A DNA stretch of 64,000 nucleotides, taken from assembly GCA_964016885.1 (NCBI GenBank), contig OZ024740.1:363196001-363260000 (forward strand), in the 5' to 3' direction. Shown here in pieces: positions 45,551-57,994 of this stretch. The notes under the pieces were generated by a model that was not told the origin of the DNA, searched no databases, and saw only the letters and a list, made by a program, of their open reading frames with translations. The position numbers and the translations under genes were made by a program. Numbering within the stretch: the first letter of the stretch is position 1; every line of letters begins with the position of its first letter. This DNA is from Eledone cirrhosa. Its lineage: Eukaryota.

Positions 45551-46271
45551 TATATATATGTGTTTGTGTCTATATTATATCTGTATTTTTTTACCGTTGG
45601 TCAGTCAATGGTAAACATTGAGGACCGAATAAATTAACTGATATAAAAGATACGGAAGCGAAAACCAACCAAATAGTGAGTGTGCTCTGTTATTAATTCT
45701 GGCAATATTATTACAACAATATGACCCTCCCCAAGTATAACAATATTTCATATCAAAAACGTTGCAAAACAAATTCATCGCCGTCATATTTATTTATATA
45801 TGTATATATATATATATATATATATACAGAGACACACACAACTCATACCTATGTATTAGTATCTATATTGATATTTTTTTTTCATACTTTAAAGAAATTA
45901 TAATGTAGAGTGGGACTGTGAGTGAAACGCCCATGATAATTAATACGATGTAATATATATTTACACCCATACACGCACACAATAATAGAAAGACGCACAC
46001 TTACTTAACAGACATACACATACGCATATACACACCTACAAACCCACACCTACACACACACATACACAAACATGCGAATACACACTAATGAAGAATAAAT
46101 ATACATAAACTTACATTCATACTGAAACACCAATCCCAAAACACGTACACACATACACACACGCGAGCACACACATATCTATACGAATGTAGGCTGAAGC
46201 ATTCATCACTCATGCAGTTTTGTCTGCCTTAGTCTCCGCCTCCATATACAGTATTATTATCATTATTATTT

Positions 46272-46700
46272 CCCTTTTCGATCTGAGTTCAAATCCCGTC
46301 GAGGTTAACTTTGCCTTTCATCCATACAGGGTCGATAAAATAAAGTACCAGTAATGTACTGGGTAATTTACTGGTCTTGTGCCAACAGTAGAAACATTTT
46401 TATTATTATTATTTTTGCCTGCCTTTTATCCTTACGGGGTCGATAAAATAAAGTACCAGTAATGTACTGGGTAATTGCTGGCCTTGTGCCTAAAGTAGAA
46501 ACAATTATTATCATTGTTTTTATTTTCTTTCATTAATTGGCAGTATCGATAGAGGGTTGGACGCCATGATTTCTAGCATAGTTACGTCCCTTTACGGTCT
46601 GAGTTCAAATCCCGTCGAGGTTAACTTTGCCTTTCATCGTTATGGGGTCGATAAAATAAAGTACCAGTAATGTTCTGGGTAATTGCTGGCCTTGTACCAA
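46272..46700 (+). mobile_element. Three tandem SINE family A copies (about 46,272-46,412, 46,416-46,512, 46,551-46,700)
   Basis: Repeated GAGTTCAAATCCCGTCGAGGTTAACTTTGCC and GGGTCGATAAAATAAAGTACCAGTAATG blocks with (TTA)n tails. Confidence 0.85.
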
Positions 46701-47068
46701 ACTGAGATATATGCCGAGTGTCTTCCTGATACCTAGGGCAAATAAATTCACAGTGTGCATTGGTAAGCCAGTTAATACAACACATTGATTATAATTTTAA
46801 AAAAACAAAACAGTATACATATATACACATGTGCATATGCATATGTAAATACAAGGAGGGATAACAATCTTACAGAGATAGTGCTCTTCTCAATACGTGT
46901 GCAGTACCAGTCAAAACAATTTTTTGCACCTAGTGCAGAGGGTAAACCAGGAATCATTCGCAAATATTGTTCTGTTCCCTTCTTGATCATTCCCAGTCCT
47001 CCCACAATCATTGGTATTGTAACGGCCTTGAGGTGCCACATTTTCTCAATTTCAATAAGCAGATCTTT
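46701..47068 (-). mobile_element. 3' fragment of a restriction-like endonuclease (RLE) LINE, R4/Dong-like
   Basis: Minus strand gives KDLLIEIEKMWHLKAVTIPMIVGGLGMIKKGTEQYLRMIPGLPS, then after a frameshift VQKIVLTGTARVLRRALS. This is the RLE C-terminus pattern (W......IP..VG.LG). Its 5'-truncated end abuts a (TAA)n tract. Confidence 0.75.
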
Positions 47069-47297
47069 ATTATTATTATTATTATTATTATTGGTCTAAG
47101 CGGACGTATTTTGCTCGCTCCCAGTAAGTCGCTTTATTTGCCTGTTAAAATTATTTGTTGTTAAATATTTCTTGTTGTGTAAGGGATATCAGCCCTTAGA
47201 CTTTGCCCTGTAAAGGGGAAAGTATAATATTTGGGCCTTTTGGCCCAAATATTTGAATATTTTTTACATGTTAAAACATTTACGGAGAAAAAAAAAC

Positions 47298-49250
47298 ATG
47301 GCTGAGCTACGCCCCCAGCGATATGTCTGCTGTCGTGCAACAACGACGTGGAAGTTGAGAGGAGCGCTACAGCGAAATTAACACAAATTGATAACACAAA
47401 CACCACTACAAACAATGTAAACAAAGACACCAATGATACCAATGGGAACTCTAATTTTGAAAAAAAAAATGACAGTAACAGCGACAACGAAAATACAGAT
47501 AACAAAAAAAAAAAATAACAAATACAACAACAATATCAACATCACTAACATGAAAACAAATAGCGACAATACCAACAGCAACAATACCAACTGCACCGAG
47601 AACAACGGCGGCAACAAAGACAACAATGATAACAGCGACAGTGCTAACAACAACACCAACAAGAACAACGACAACGACCACAACACCCCCAACGAAAACA
47701 AGAAGAACACTTTCGCTGCGGCAGCAGCAAAAAAGAGGCCATGCTTCAACATGGACCTCTCAAACAAAGATGAAAAGTTGGCCCAGGCATGGAAGCTCAT
47801 CAAGCAAGAGCAAACCTGGGCCAACTTAACTGTCCCGGTAGAAGCTATTGAGGCAGTGGAGAGTAGAACGGTGCATTATAGATGCATCTCAGCACAAACC
47901 AAAAGGGCAGCTTTAATCCCACAAGAAGATGTCGAAGTCGCGCTGAGGTGCATCAGAGAAGACACCGAATACATAGAGAGCGGCAGACAGTACGGCACCA
48001 TTTCGGTGTTGTTCAAGTCAGAAGCCCTCGCTATGAAACACGCTATGACTCCTTGCAAAACCAGCAAGGTCATAATGTACCCCTCCCACATGGGAAAAAG
48101 AACGACCCGTCTCCGCATTCCCAGTATCCCACCAGGACTTGACATGTGGTGGATTCTGGGATGTGTGATTGTGGAGGCGACGGATACCGTCCCTATAGAA
48201 GTGACCAGAACGGCCAGAGAGGACTGGTCCGGGGTTGACCTGGAGATCCTTCTCCAGATCAGGCCCGAGAATGTGAAGACAATCCCGGACCACATCTGCC
48301 TTCAGAATGGGAAAATCATTCACATTATGACCGAAGGCAAAAGGCCGCAGTGTTTTGTTTGTGGAAAAAAACCCATTTGCGAGCCTTCTGCTCTCAACTG
48401 CTGAAAGAGGCAAGGGGTCGAAAGGCTCCACTGCTGCCGACGCTGGGGCGAGAACCACAACCGACACCTGCACCGGCAAAACCAACAACAACAACACCAA
48501 TAGAAAGACCACCACCAACATTAACCACCCAGCGAGGAAACGAGGAAAGCTGTCAAATTCCCCCTCCCCCCAAAAATACACACACCAATAAAACCATAAA
48601 CATACATACAGACACACTTACAGACACAGACCCCTCATCTACCAGTAGTGAAGATAAGGGAAAACCAAAATCCCCCAAAATACAAAAAGGGAAACATAAA
48701 AAGAAAAAAAAAACTCAACAAAGCACAAAATCACCCACAATAAAAAACGCAGACACCACCCACGCAAACATCTCTCCAATAACACCAACATCAACACCAC
48801 CATCACCATCACCAGAATCCCCCAAACACAAACAACCTAAACAGACGCAAGAACAAATATACACACAAACATCTGAAACCACAGACACCGCACTCACAAC
48901 AAACACAGATACAACCGAAACAACACCACCAAAACCATCACCACCATAACCACGCAAACAAATAAAATCACACCAACAAAACATATAAAACTTCGTGCTC
49001 GTCAGGAGGGCCAACAAGGAACTGATGGCCCTCGTAGCACGAAGTGAAAATATACAAAAAGAGAGGGATTTTTTAAATCGAGCACATTTCGCTCGACATA
49101 TTCAAAGAAATACGAGACAGCTTTCCTCGGGACGTGGGAACCCAGAACGTAAAACCCACTTCAAGACTTTTAAAGAGGTTCCCAAAAGAAACCCCACTAA
49201 CTATGGAGGTCGAACAACCCGACCTTCACAAGAGCCCGGAAGGTAAGTAA
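47298..49250 (+). pseudogene. LINE ORF1 (gag-like), frameshifted
   Basis: Asn/Thr-rich N-terminus and a globular middle region. The zinc knuckle CFVCGKK-THLRAFC (CX2CX4HX4C) is split by a frameshift in the A-run near 48,365. Thr/Pro/Lys-rich tail. Confidence 0.75.
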
Positions 49251-49281
49251 ACCTTCCTCTCTCTGTGTTTAACCTGCCAAC

Positions 49282-52200
49282 ATGGCCGTATTAAGAGTAG
49301 GATGTTTAAATGATCGAGGCCTGGGATCGTCCTGGAAGCATGGTCACCTGCTCAACGACCTCAGGTCTATAGAAATGGATGTAATTGCAGTCAGCGAGAC
49401 CAGGATTTCCGACACGCGCGCACTAGCCCCCATTTTCGACGACTATCAGATCTTTGCATCTGTTAGCCGGCCGGGAATGGGGGTGGGGGTGGCAGTGCTG
49501 TTTAGGAAAGGCCTGGATCTCGAGGTATGGTCGATCTTCCGGGACCCAGGCGGGAAGCTGGTGGTCCTGGACGTGAACAATAATGAAGGTGGTGCCTTTA
49601 GACTGGTGGCCGTCTACGCTCCTACTGGGGCAGGACGGCCGGACTTCTTTAGACGCCTGGAAGCCTTTCTGGGTACGTCTCGCTTTTACTGTTAGCGGGG
49701 GACTGGAACGGCATCTTAGACGCACGCTGGGACTGTGTGGGAGTATACGATAGGAGCAGGGGGTGCAAAAGCCTCAAGAACCTGATCAGCCAGTTCCAAC
49801 TGTCTGACAGGTACCGACTAGATTTCCCTAATGCGCCAGTGTGGACCTGAGCTAACCGCATAGGGTCATCTAGATCGTATATAGACAGGATATTAATTAG
49901 GAAAATAAACATAAATAGTGTAAGCTGTCCACGTTTTGAAACGGTCGCCTATTCAGATCACAAGTTTGTGATCTGTATGGTCGACCTAGATAAGACGCGT
50001 AGGTTAGGACCTAGTTACTGGAAGCTAAACATGTCATTTCCGGCACGTAAAGCTTACAGGGACCAGGTCAATAATTTAGTTAAGAAAAAGTTGACAGGGG
50101 GAGTCGTCAACAATAGATGGTGGGGGGCTCTCAAAAGAGAGATTAGAGTAATGTCGATAGAGTTTAGCAAAGAAGTAGCATTATAGAAAAATAGAAAGGA
50201 GGAGGAGTTGGTAGATAAGTTAGACGAGGCTATTCGTAGTGGCATTGCAACTGATGTGCTAGCGGCGAGAATGGCATTAGACCATTTCTTCAATGCGAAA
50301 CACGAAGGTTGCATTGTCAGAGCTAAGGCGCGTGCTCTGAGAAACGAGGAAACCAAAGCTGTTCGATGGGCCCGCGTGGCAGAGGCGCAGCGTGGTAATA
50401 AAACCACGATTCGGTCTTTGACGGACCGAGACGGGCACGAGCTGAGCGATTCCAAGAGGATGTGTGAGGCCTTTCGCCAACATTTTGCTCGGTTGTTCGA
50501 GGGAAGTGGCGGGTCAGAGATGGTGGCGGACTTCAGTCCCTACCTCGATGGCTTGCCGCAACTCTCGACGGCTAACGCTGGGCGCTGCGAAAGGCCAATT
50601 ACTTCAGCCGAGATTCAGGATGCCCTTGTAGGCTGCATTAGGCGCAAGTCACCCGGTTTGGATGGTCTGCCCTACGAGCTTTACGTAAATATGCCAGACT
50701 TGTTCTCCAATCTCCTCGAAGCCCTCTACTGCAACTGGCAGCAAAACGGGAGTATTCCCAGTTCTGTGAGCCGGGGCGTAGTGACGCTGATAAGGAAAGA
50801 CGAGAACAAGAGGGACACATTAGACAATTTCAGGCCCATAACTCTGCTCAACACAGAGTTTAAGATTTTGGCAAGGGTGTTAGCGAAGAGGTTGGCGCTT
50901 GTCGTCGGGGATTTGGTTGGGGAGGCGCAAACTTGCGCAATCCCAACCAGATCCATACACGACAACCTCCACCTAATGCGATACATCATAGAGAGGGTAG
51001 GGTGTAAACCTGGCTTCGGTGGGGCTCTGATCAATTTAGATCAATCGAAAGCATTCGATAGGGTCGACCATCGGTACCTGGAGGCTGTCCTCAATGCGGC
51101 TGGCTTCGGCCCCGTCTTCAGAAGCTGGATCGCTGAAATGCACAGCGGCACCTGCTCGATGGTCAAAATTAATGGCCACCTCTCGGAACCGTTTGAGGTC
51201 TCCCGATCGGTCCGTCAAGGGTGGCCTCTCTCCTCCCTTCTGTACGTATTGACTCTCGAGCCTTTACTGCGGAAGCTGGAGCTGTTGCAGGGCATCCCGC
51301 TCGAACCGAGACGCGGAAAGGCTGTGTCGGCTTATGCGGACGACATCACCGTGATGGTGTCGGACACCTCAGAAATTGAGGTGGTCGGCAACTTAATGGA
51401 GGAATATGAAAGGTTGACAGGAGCAAAACTTAATCCGGAAAAGTCAGTAGGCTTGCAACTCGGCACCTGGAGAGGCAAGTCCATGCCGTCCAACAGCGTC
51501 GTTAGGCGCTGGACGGACGGACCGGTAAAGTTGCTAGGGGTTTGGTTCGGGCCAGACCTCCAGGTGGATAAGAATTGGGACGAGGTGACGGGCAGGGTAG
51601 TCAGTTTCACCCAGAAATGGGCTGGGATGAAGCTATCACTGAAAGGTCGGGCGGAGGTGGCGAACGCGTACATCGCATCCGTCATCTACTACCGTCTGAC
51701 CGTCGTCCCTTGCCCCCGTTCGCGCCTCGCCATCTTGGAGCGGCTCCTCTTCAAATTCTTGTGGAGGGGTCAGGTTCCGCTGGTGAGGCTGTCCATCTGC
51801 TGCCAGCACCCTCTACGTGGAGGGCTGGGCATGCCGTGGTTAATGATGCGCAGGCACGCGCTGAGGCTGCGGCATCTCCAGATATTCTGCCTAAACGGTA
51901 AACAGGTGTTGTCAGACGGGCCTTTCCGCAGCTCGTTTCTTTGACTGAGTTGCAGTCCTGGGTCAAGAAGAGACCGAGACTGGGTGACTGGCATCTGGAA
52001 TGTTGCCAGGCACTCACTGCCCTCTACCAGGCGGGCAATGCGGTCAGTGGAACTTCCACTCTCGAGTTCTATAGTGGATTAGTGGTGGGCAAGTGCGACG
52101 ACGCACTCGGAGAGGCTCTGGGAGTCAACGAAGTCGAACTAACCAGTCTGTACCGGAGGACTTTCGAGCCGGGGACGATGGATAATTTCCAAAAATCCCT

Positions 52201-52692
52201 CGCTTGGCAGTGCTACCGGGGGCACTGCCGGTTCGAGATAAATTCTACAGGCACGGAAGTGCTGTCAGACGGACCTGCCCGAGATGCGCGCAGAGCAACG
52301 AAACCGTTCTGCACGCACTCGTCCAGTGTCCGTGCATTACTGACTTGTGGAGTTATGTTGAACAGCTGTTGTCGCGTGTAGAACGGATCCGGCTGTCGGC
52401 CGAGTCCATAGTGAAGATCGACCCGCCACCTTCTTTTGGCCAGGAAGGGCAGGCAATTTTCCTCTGTCTGGTGGCAGTAGCGATGGAGGTTGTATGGTGG
52501 ACGAGGTTGAAAGGACTGAAGACAGACACTTTTCTCTTCGGCCAATCCCTCATCAACTTTTTCAAGTTTCACTTGGAAAGGAAGGTGGGGGTGGAGAGAG
52601 AAGTGCTGCACCCCAGTACATTTGCTGAAAATTGGGTGAATGTGGCGAGAATGGCCCGTGTGAGTGGGTCTACTCTGGTCATGCGGCTGTAG
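49282..52692 (+). pseudogene. LINE ORF2 (APE endonuclease, reverse transcriptase, Zn finger), disrupted
   Basis: APE motifs LNDRGL, VSETR, AVYAP, GDWN, SYIDRI, SDH. RT motifs KSPGLDGLP, FRPITLLN, LDQSKAFDRVDH, RQGWPLS and YADD (51,333-51,344). C-terminal CPRC...ETVLHALVQC. Frameshifts near 49,685, 51,915 and 52,220; in-frame stops near 49,849 and 50,184. Confidence 0.92.
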
Positions 52693-53189
52693 GTAGGTAA
52701 ATTTGAAGAGGAGAGGGGTGCCCTTCCAGGGTTCTCTCGAAGCGTCGGGTCGTTCAGGACTGGTGGGGTACCTGAGCGAACCCTAGGTGGTCATCCCCCC
52801 TATTGGGGAATTTTTTCTTGTTGTAATTTTATTGTTACTTTATTGTTACTTTGTTATTGTTACTTTGTTTATTCATATTGCTTACTCGATTTTTCTGTAA
52901 AACCCCACTGTCCCAGTCTTTTGTATTGTCCTCTATATGTCGGCCCTTGTGGCCAATAAATGAAATCATTATTATTATTATTATTGTCCAGCATGATAAC
53001 TATCTAATTGATCGAGCAATCACGAAACTTGTAATAGCAGATGGCATTAGCCACTCACACACACATATATATATGTGTGTGTGTGAGATATATATATATA
53101 TAGAGAGAGAGAAAGAGAGACAGACAGAGAGAGAGAGAGGGAGTGGGAGAGAAGTCAATAACAAAAATAATATAATTATGGTTTATTAG

Positions 53190-53237
53190 TTTAACGTTTA
53201 TATATATATATGCGTGCGTGTGTATAACATATATATG

Positions 53238-53318
<81 letters not shown>

Positions 53319-53365
53319 TGTGTTTTTCGAATATTAATAATAATATTCGATTTGTTTGCAATTAA

Positions 53366-53404
<39 letters not shown>

Positions 53405-53482
53405 CATTAAGTACCAGTAATGCACTGGGATAATTGCTGGTCTTGTGCCAAAAGTAGAAACAATTATTATTATTATCATTAT

Positions 53483-53527
<45 letters not shown>
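53190..53527. repeat. (TA)n/(TTA)n microsatellites with a SINE A 3' tail (53,408-53,480)
   Basis: AAGTACCAGTAATGCACTGGG...CTTGTGCCAAAAGTAGAAAC between simple repeats. Confidence 0.8.
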
Positions 53528-53757
53528 GAACAGGCGGGGTTGTAAGATATCTACAAATTGTTTCGCGGAATTAAGCAATAGTTGAGTAAATTACTCGTCA
53601 GACCTTTTGCCGCTCCAAAACATATTATTAGACCTTCAAAATTCTACACAGGAAAAAAAGAAGGCGTAACTTTATGTAGTTAGACCGTCGCCTTCTCACA
53701 CAACGTTAAATCCAATATCTTTTTCATAGGATGGCAGAAGGATATTCCACGTTAGAC

Positions 53758-53822
53758 AGGGGGCCTGACGAGGGAATTATGCAACGGTTGCATAATTTCA
53801 CGAAGCAATTTGTAACCACCTT
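53758..53822 (+). ncRNA. Degenerate hammerhead-like motif with long stem II
   Basis: CTGACGA (53,765-53,771), hairpin GAATTATGCAAC-G-GTTGCATAATTT, GAAG in place of GAAA, then CAATTTG-TA. Confidence 0.45.
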
Positions 53823-53981
53823 GCATTCTAAATGCTGCTTGAATTACATTAAACTCTACCAACCCGGTATTGAGTATTTTCGTTTCATATACGTCTCAAT
53901 CTCATATCCGTTACACATACACCCATGCACGCATACACATATACACACAACACACACATATGTATATGCATGTATGTATGC

Positions 53982-54020
<39 letters not shown>

Positions 54021-54159
54021 AGTGTTCATTACAACTCTTAGTAAATAAACGCCAGGTCCTCTTCTTTGGCTCTAAACTACAGGCGACGTTATCACACGTC
54101 TTAGAGCAGGAAATATCCCGTTTGCTTCCAGGTAAATCACTAATTATTTACTTTTATAA

Positions 54160-54994
54160 ACCAGCACCACCACCACCACTAATATTACCATCATCATCAC
54201 CACCCCCACAACCATGTATCACTACCAACATTATGACTATTCTCCATTGCTGTTATCTCAACCAGTGTAGCCAACACTACCATCGTCATCTCAGTAATGG
54301 CTACAATTACCACAATTGGCACTGCCAATACATCTGTACCCACTAATACCTTCACAAATGCCTTCACTAGTATCATTATCACTACCACCGCTACGACCAT
54401 CATTATCAATATGACCGTTATAACCCCGACGCTCGTCACTACCACCACTATAACCCTATTAACATAACTACAGTCATCATCATCACCACCTCTACAATCA
54501 CTAAGCCCACCATTACAACCTCCATCACCACCTCTACACGCACCTGGCCCACCACTACAACCACCATTAACACCAATATCATCACTACAACAAACACACA
54601 ACAACCATCATTACCATCAACGTTACAACCAGCATCATCAACGTTACAACCCCCATAACCTCCTCTACAACCACCACCAACACCACTACAATTACTATCA
54701 CTACTACCAATAGTACCTTTATCAGTACAATTAAAACCACCGTCAGTAACACTATCACCAACACCACCATCACCGTCATCAAACCATTACTACCATTTCC
54801 ATCACTGCCATTAGTACCAACACCATCATATATCATCACTATCATTATCATTGCCACTGCCACCATCACTACCACCATTATGACTACAATACTACAACTA
54901 CTACCATTACTACTACCGATCTATATTTGTTGGATGTTTATTGTTGGTAATTGTTATCAAAAGGTTTGTGAAGATAATAAGCTACCACCACAAT

Positions 54995-55032
<38 letters not shown>

Positions 55033-55033
55033 T

Positions 55034-55078
<45 letters not shown>

Positions 55079-55135
55079 TACTACTACTACCACTATTATC
55101 ACCACCAACATCACTACTACCATCACCACTACCCA
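54160..55135. repeat. Degenerate (ACC/ATC/ACT)n low-complexity tract ending in (CTA)n
   Basis: Seen directly; near-pure (CTA)n at about 54,998-55,090. Confidence 0.9.
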
Positions 55136-55629
55136 TCTATATTTATTGTACTTTATCAATCGACTATTATTAAGGCTGTGATCATAATACTCGGCTTCCA
55201 CAGTACACCCTAATGAAGCGTTCTTAACAGTTTCTACTTGCTGGGATATTCCCCAACCTTTGTATGCCGTATTCCTTTGTTTTACTGTATAAAAGTGATT
55301 CGTTTTTGTATTTGTTTTGCAAGATTCTTGATGTGAAATCGTGTGTTGAAATAGAAAGAAAATAAATATCATATTTTGGGAGGGTCACACTGAAAATTAA
55401 AACACGCGCATTAGTTGAGTTTCACTTCATTGTTTATTACTAGTTAGGTAATTAATCCCTCAACCAGATAATTAATCGACCAACTGGACAAAGCATGGTT
55501 GAATCGTTATGACGTTCGCTTCACAAACACAGACTGCCAACCTCTAACAAAATTGGGAGATTTTACATAATGAAAACTATACCCATTTTCACAAGGGAAG
55601 ACATCTCTCACTCACACCAAAGTGGGTTG

Positions 55630-55930
55630 GAGATCGCTCGCTGGACGAGAAGAGTTGACAGGTCTGCAATCATTAAATCCTGGGTTTGATCCTTCTGCGT
55701 AACTTGGCAAGTGACATTAACCATAGCTCCGGATCGACACATGCCTTGTAAGGGAAATTAAGTAGATGTAAACTGTGTGGAAGCCTGTTGGATGGACAGT
55801 AATTGTAATTCAAAGGGCCAGCTTTGTCACACACTGTGTCATGCTGTATCTCAATTTCCTGAACAGGCTTGTTCAGATAATCAGACAACTGGAGAACTTA
55901 TCATCGAAACCGACGGAAGTTCACTCTATT
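55630..55930 (+). mobile_element. Old SINE (family B)
   Basis: GGTTTGATCC B-box-like motif, then TTGGCAAGTG, GTGTGGAAGCC, TGTGTCATGCTG and AACCGACGGA, shared with 61,535-62,000 and 62,860-63,135. Confidence 0.6.
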
Positions 55931-56054
55931 CCAATCAATCAATCGGTTCATTACCAAATTGTCAAAGTTTTTAAGATGTAAATAGGTTCATAACTGATTT
56001 GTTCATAAACCAACTAATGAATGGTTAAATTACCTGATTAATAATTGTTTATTA

Positions 56055-56540
56055 CATAGGCACAAGGCGAGTACTTTTGAAAAAGAGGAATGTCGGTTAA
56101 ATTTATTCGATTTCAGTACATTTCAAGTACTTTATTTTATCGACCCCAGAAACGTGAAAGGCAAAGTTGATTTCGACGGGGCTTGAATTCAGAAAGTAAA
56201 GGGCCGTAACTAAATGCTACAAAGTATTTTGTCCAACTCTCTAAAGATTCTGCTAATCCGCTAATTTCCCGATAAATAATTCTTTCAAGTTTTGGCACGA
56301 GTCCAGTAATGTGAGAGACGGGGAAAGTCGATTATATCAACCCCAGTACTTTAATGGTACTTTATTTGATAGAACCTAAAAGGATAAAAGGCAAAGCTGA
56401 CCTCGGTGGGATTTGAACTCAGAGCGCAGGAATGTGTAACTAAATAATGGTTTCTGATTTAGGCACAAATCCAACAATTTTGGTGGAAGAGAAAGTCGAT
56501 TAAATCAACCCCGCCATAATAATTTCTAATTCAGGCACAA
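56055..56540 (-). mobile_element. Cluster of older family A-related SINE copies
   Basis: GTACTTTATTTTATCGACCCC...GAAAGGCAAAG...TTGAACTCAG (reverse complement of the SINE A core) occurs twice, plus partial GGCACAA tails. Confidence 0.75.
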
Positions 56541-57300
56541 GAAAAAAAGGGATGTAATGTGGAGCATAAGTCAATGTGAAAGAAAAAATGTTATTTACAG
56601 GCATAGTTCTTGAATATAAGCACCCAACCAACATCCAAACTTTAAAATTTTCTCCATTTACAAATTCATAGACAACGCTACTTTCACCCATCGTACCAAT
56701 AAGGAAACGTATTTCATTAACAAATTCCAACCTCTACTTAATGCACTAAACTTCGGACTAAACTAAAACTGGAACGAACAATCAAAGATTTACAAATACC
56801 TATGTCTCTCTAAAGAGTCACCTCCCTTACACCCTACCTAATCCTTTTTCTTAAATAAATTAAATATCATCCAGTATGAATTACCTCCCCCTGCATATTA
56901 ACTCTCTAAAAAGGGAAATCATATCAAACCCCAGTCCACCATTTGCCTCCATCATGGATCAACTTAGCACTCTTGCTATATTAACACATTTTGATCTGCT
57001 TATCTTCATGAACTATGCCTGTAAATAACATTATTTTTTCTTTCACATTGACTTATTATGCTCCACATTACCCCCCTTTTTCTTTTTTTCTCTTTTCTTT
57101 TCACTTCATAAACCTTGTTTGTAAATAACATTATTCTTTCTGCACCATTTCTTTAACATCTCCAACACCACCATTCTACACCAATAATATTATTATCATT
57201 TGATAATGCATAAAAATGCTGAAACCGGTAATAGACAATTATTAAATATATAAATAAATAAATAAATGCCATTGTTAATTAATAAATAAATCAACTAATA
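56540..57300 (+). mobile_element. PLE 3' remnant with an inverted 5' segment and a terminal hammerhead
   Basis: 56,635-56,766 translates PNFKIFSIYKFIDNATFTHRTNKETYFINKFQPLLN (GIY-YIG C-terminal E..FI..F.P.LN pattern). 56,541-56,614 is the reverse complement of about 57,004-57,082. Hammerhead near 57,192-57,239. Confidence 0.7.
57192..57239 (+). ncRNA. Minimal type I hammerhead, U3/A8 core variant
   Basis: TTGATAA (57,200-57,206), T-GCAT-AAAA-ATGC-T, GAAA (57,221-57,224), palindromic stem III ACCGGT, GUA triplet, imperfect stem I ATTATCAT/ATAGACAAT. Confidence 0.6.
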
Positions 57301-57425
57301 CCTTAACACTTCACACAAAGTAAAATATTTCGTTTTAATCATTTTCTAACCCAGAAAAAAAGAGAGAAATAAATAAAAAGGGAAAAAAATATTTTTCTTC
57401 CTAATAATCGTCTTTTTCTCCCTGT

Positions 57426-57471
<46 letters not shown>

Positions 57472-57473
<2 letters not shown>

Positions 57474-57830
57474 AGGGCGGGTAAAATTCCCGAGATCCAT
57501 GGACGAGTTCTCTCCAGCGGTCTCTGTCCCTCATTATCGCTGCCATGTCCTGCGTCTCCAACAGACCAGTGTCTATCCTTAGGGCATCAACATACGTTAA
57601 CATTGGTCTTCCTCTTCCAGTGCGTCCATGTAGGGGCTCCCACAGGAGCACTGAGTGCAATGTCAACTCCGGATGTCGGTGAGCATGTCCAGCTAACCTC
57701 AGTCTCCTCTGTCACTTTTGAGCTGACTTTTGGGAGGCTCCCATACAGCTCTGAGTTTTTCATCCTCAATGTATACTGATTAATGTTCAGAGCCATCCTC
57801 AGCATTCTCGTGTAGCACCCATCCACCATC
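57472..57830 (-). mobile_element. 3' fragment of an RTE-type LINE (same family as 34,630-34,802)
   Basis: DGCYTRMLRMALNI..., frameshift, then LRLAGHAHRHPELTLHSVLLWEPLHGRTGRGRPMLTYVDALRIDTG...DRDRWRELVHGSREFYPP*. The stop is followed directly by (TA)n. Confidence 0.85.
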
Positions 57831-57875
57831 TGAGTGAGTTTCTAACTCGTGTGCTTCCTCTCCACATTTTATTAT

Positions 57876-57933
<58 letters not shown>

Positions 57934-57994
57934 GTGGAACACTGGAAGGTAATATCCGTAGTGGTAGAGCACTCAGTCCAAGGGACGAGTTAGG

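Larger units (their letters stand above)
47093..52986 (+). mobile_element. Near-full-length (~5.9 kb) L1/Tx1-type non-LTR retrotransposon, inactivated
   Basis: 5' UTR, ORF1 with a CCHC knuckle, ORF2 with APE, RT and a C-terminal CCHC, AATAAA near 52,955, and (TTA)n on both flanks. Confidence 0.92.

Noticed and set aside
47378-52611. Antisense and alternate-frame ORFs over the LINE
   Set aside because: They are shadows of ORF1/ORF2 with no independent motifs.
54122-55372. Thr/Val/Leu/Tyr-rich mucin-like or membrane-like ORFs
   Set aside because: They come from degenerate trinucleotide repeats with scattered stops and show no domain signal.
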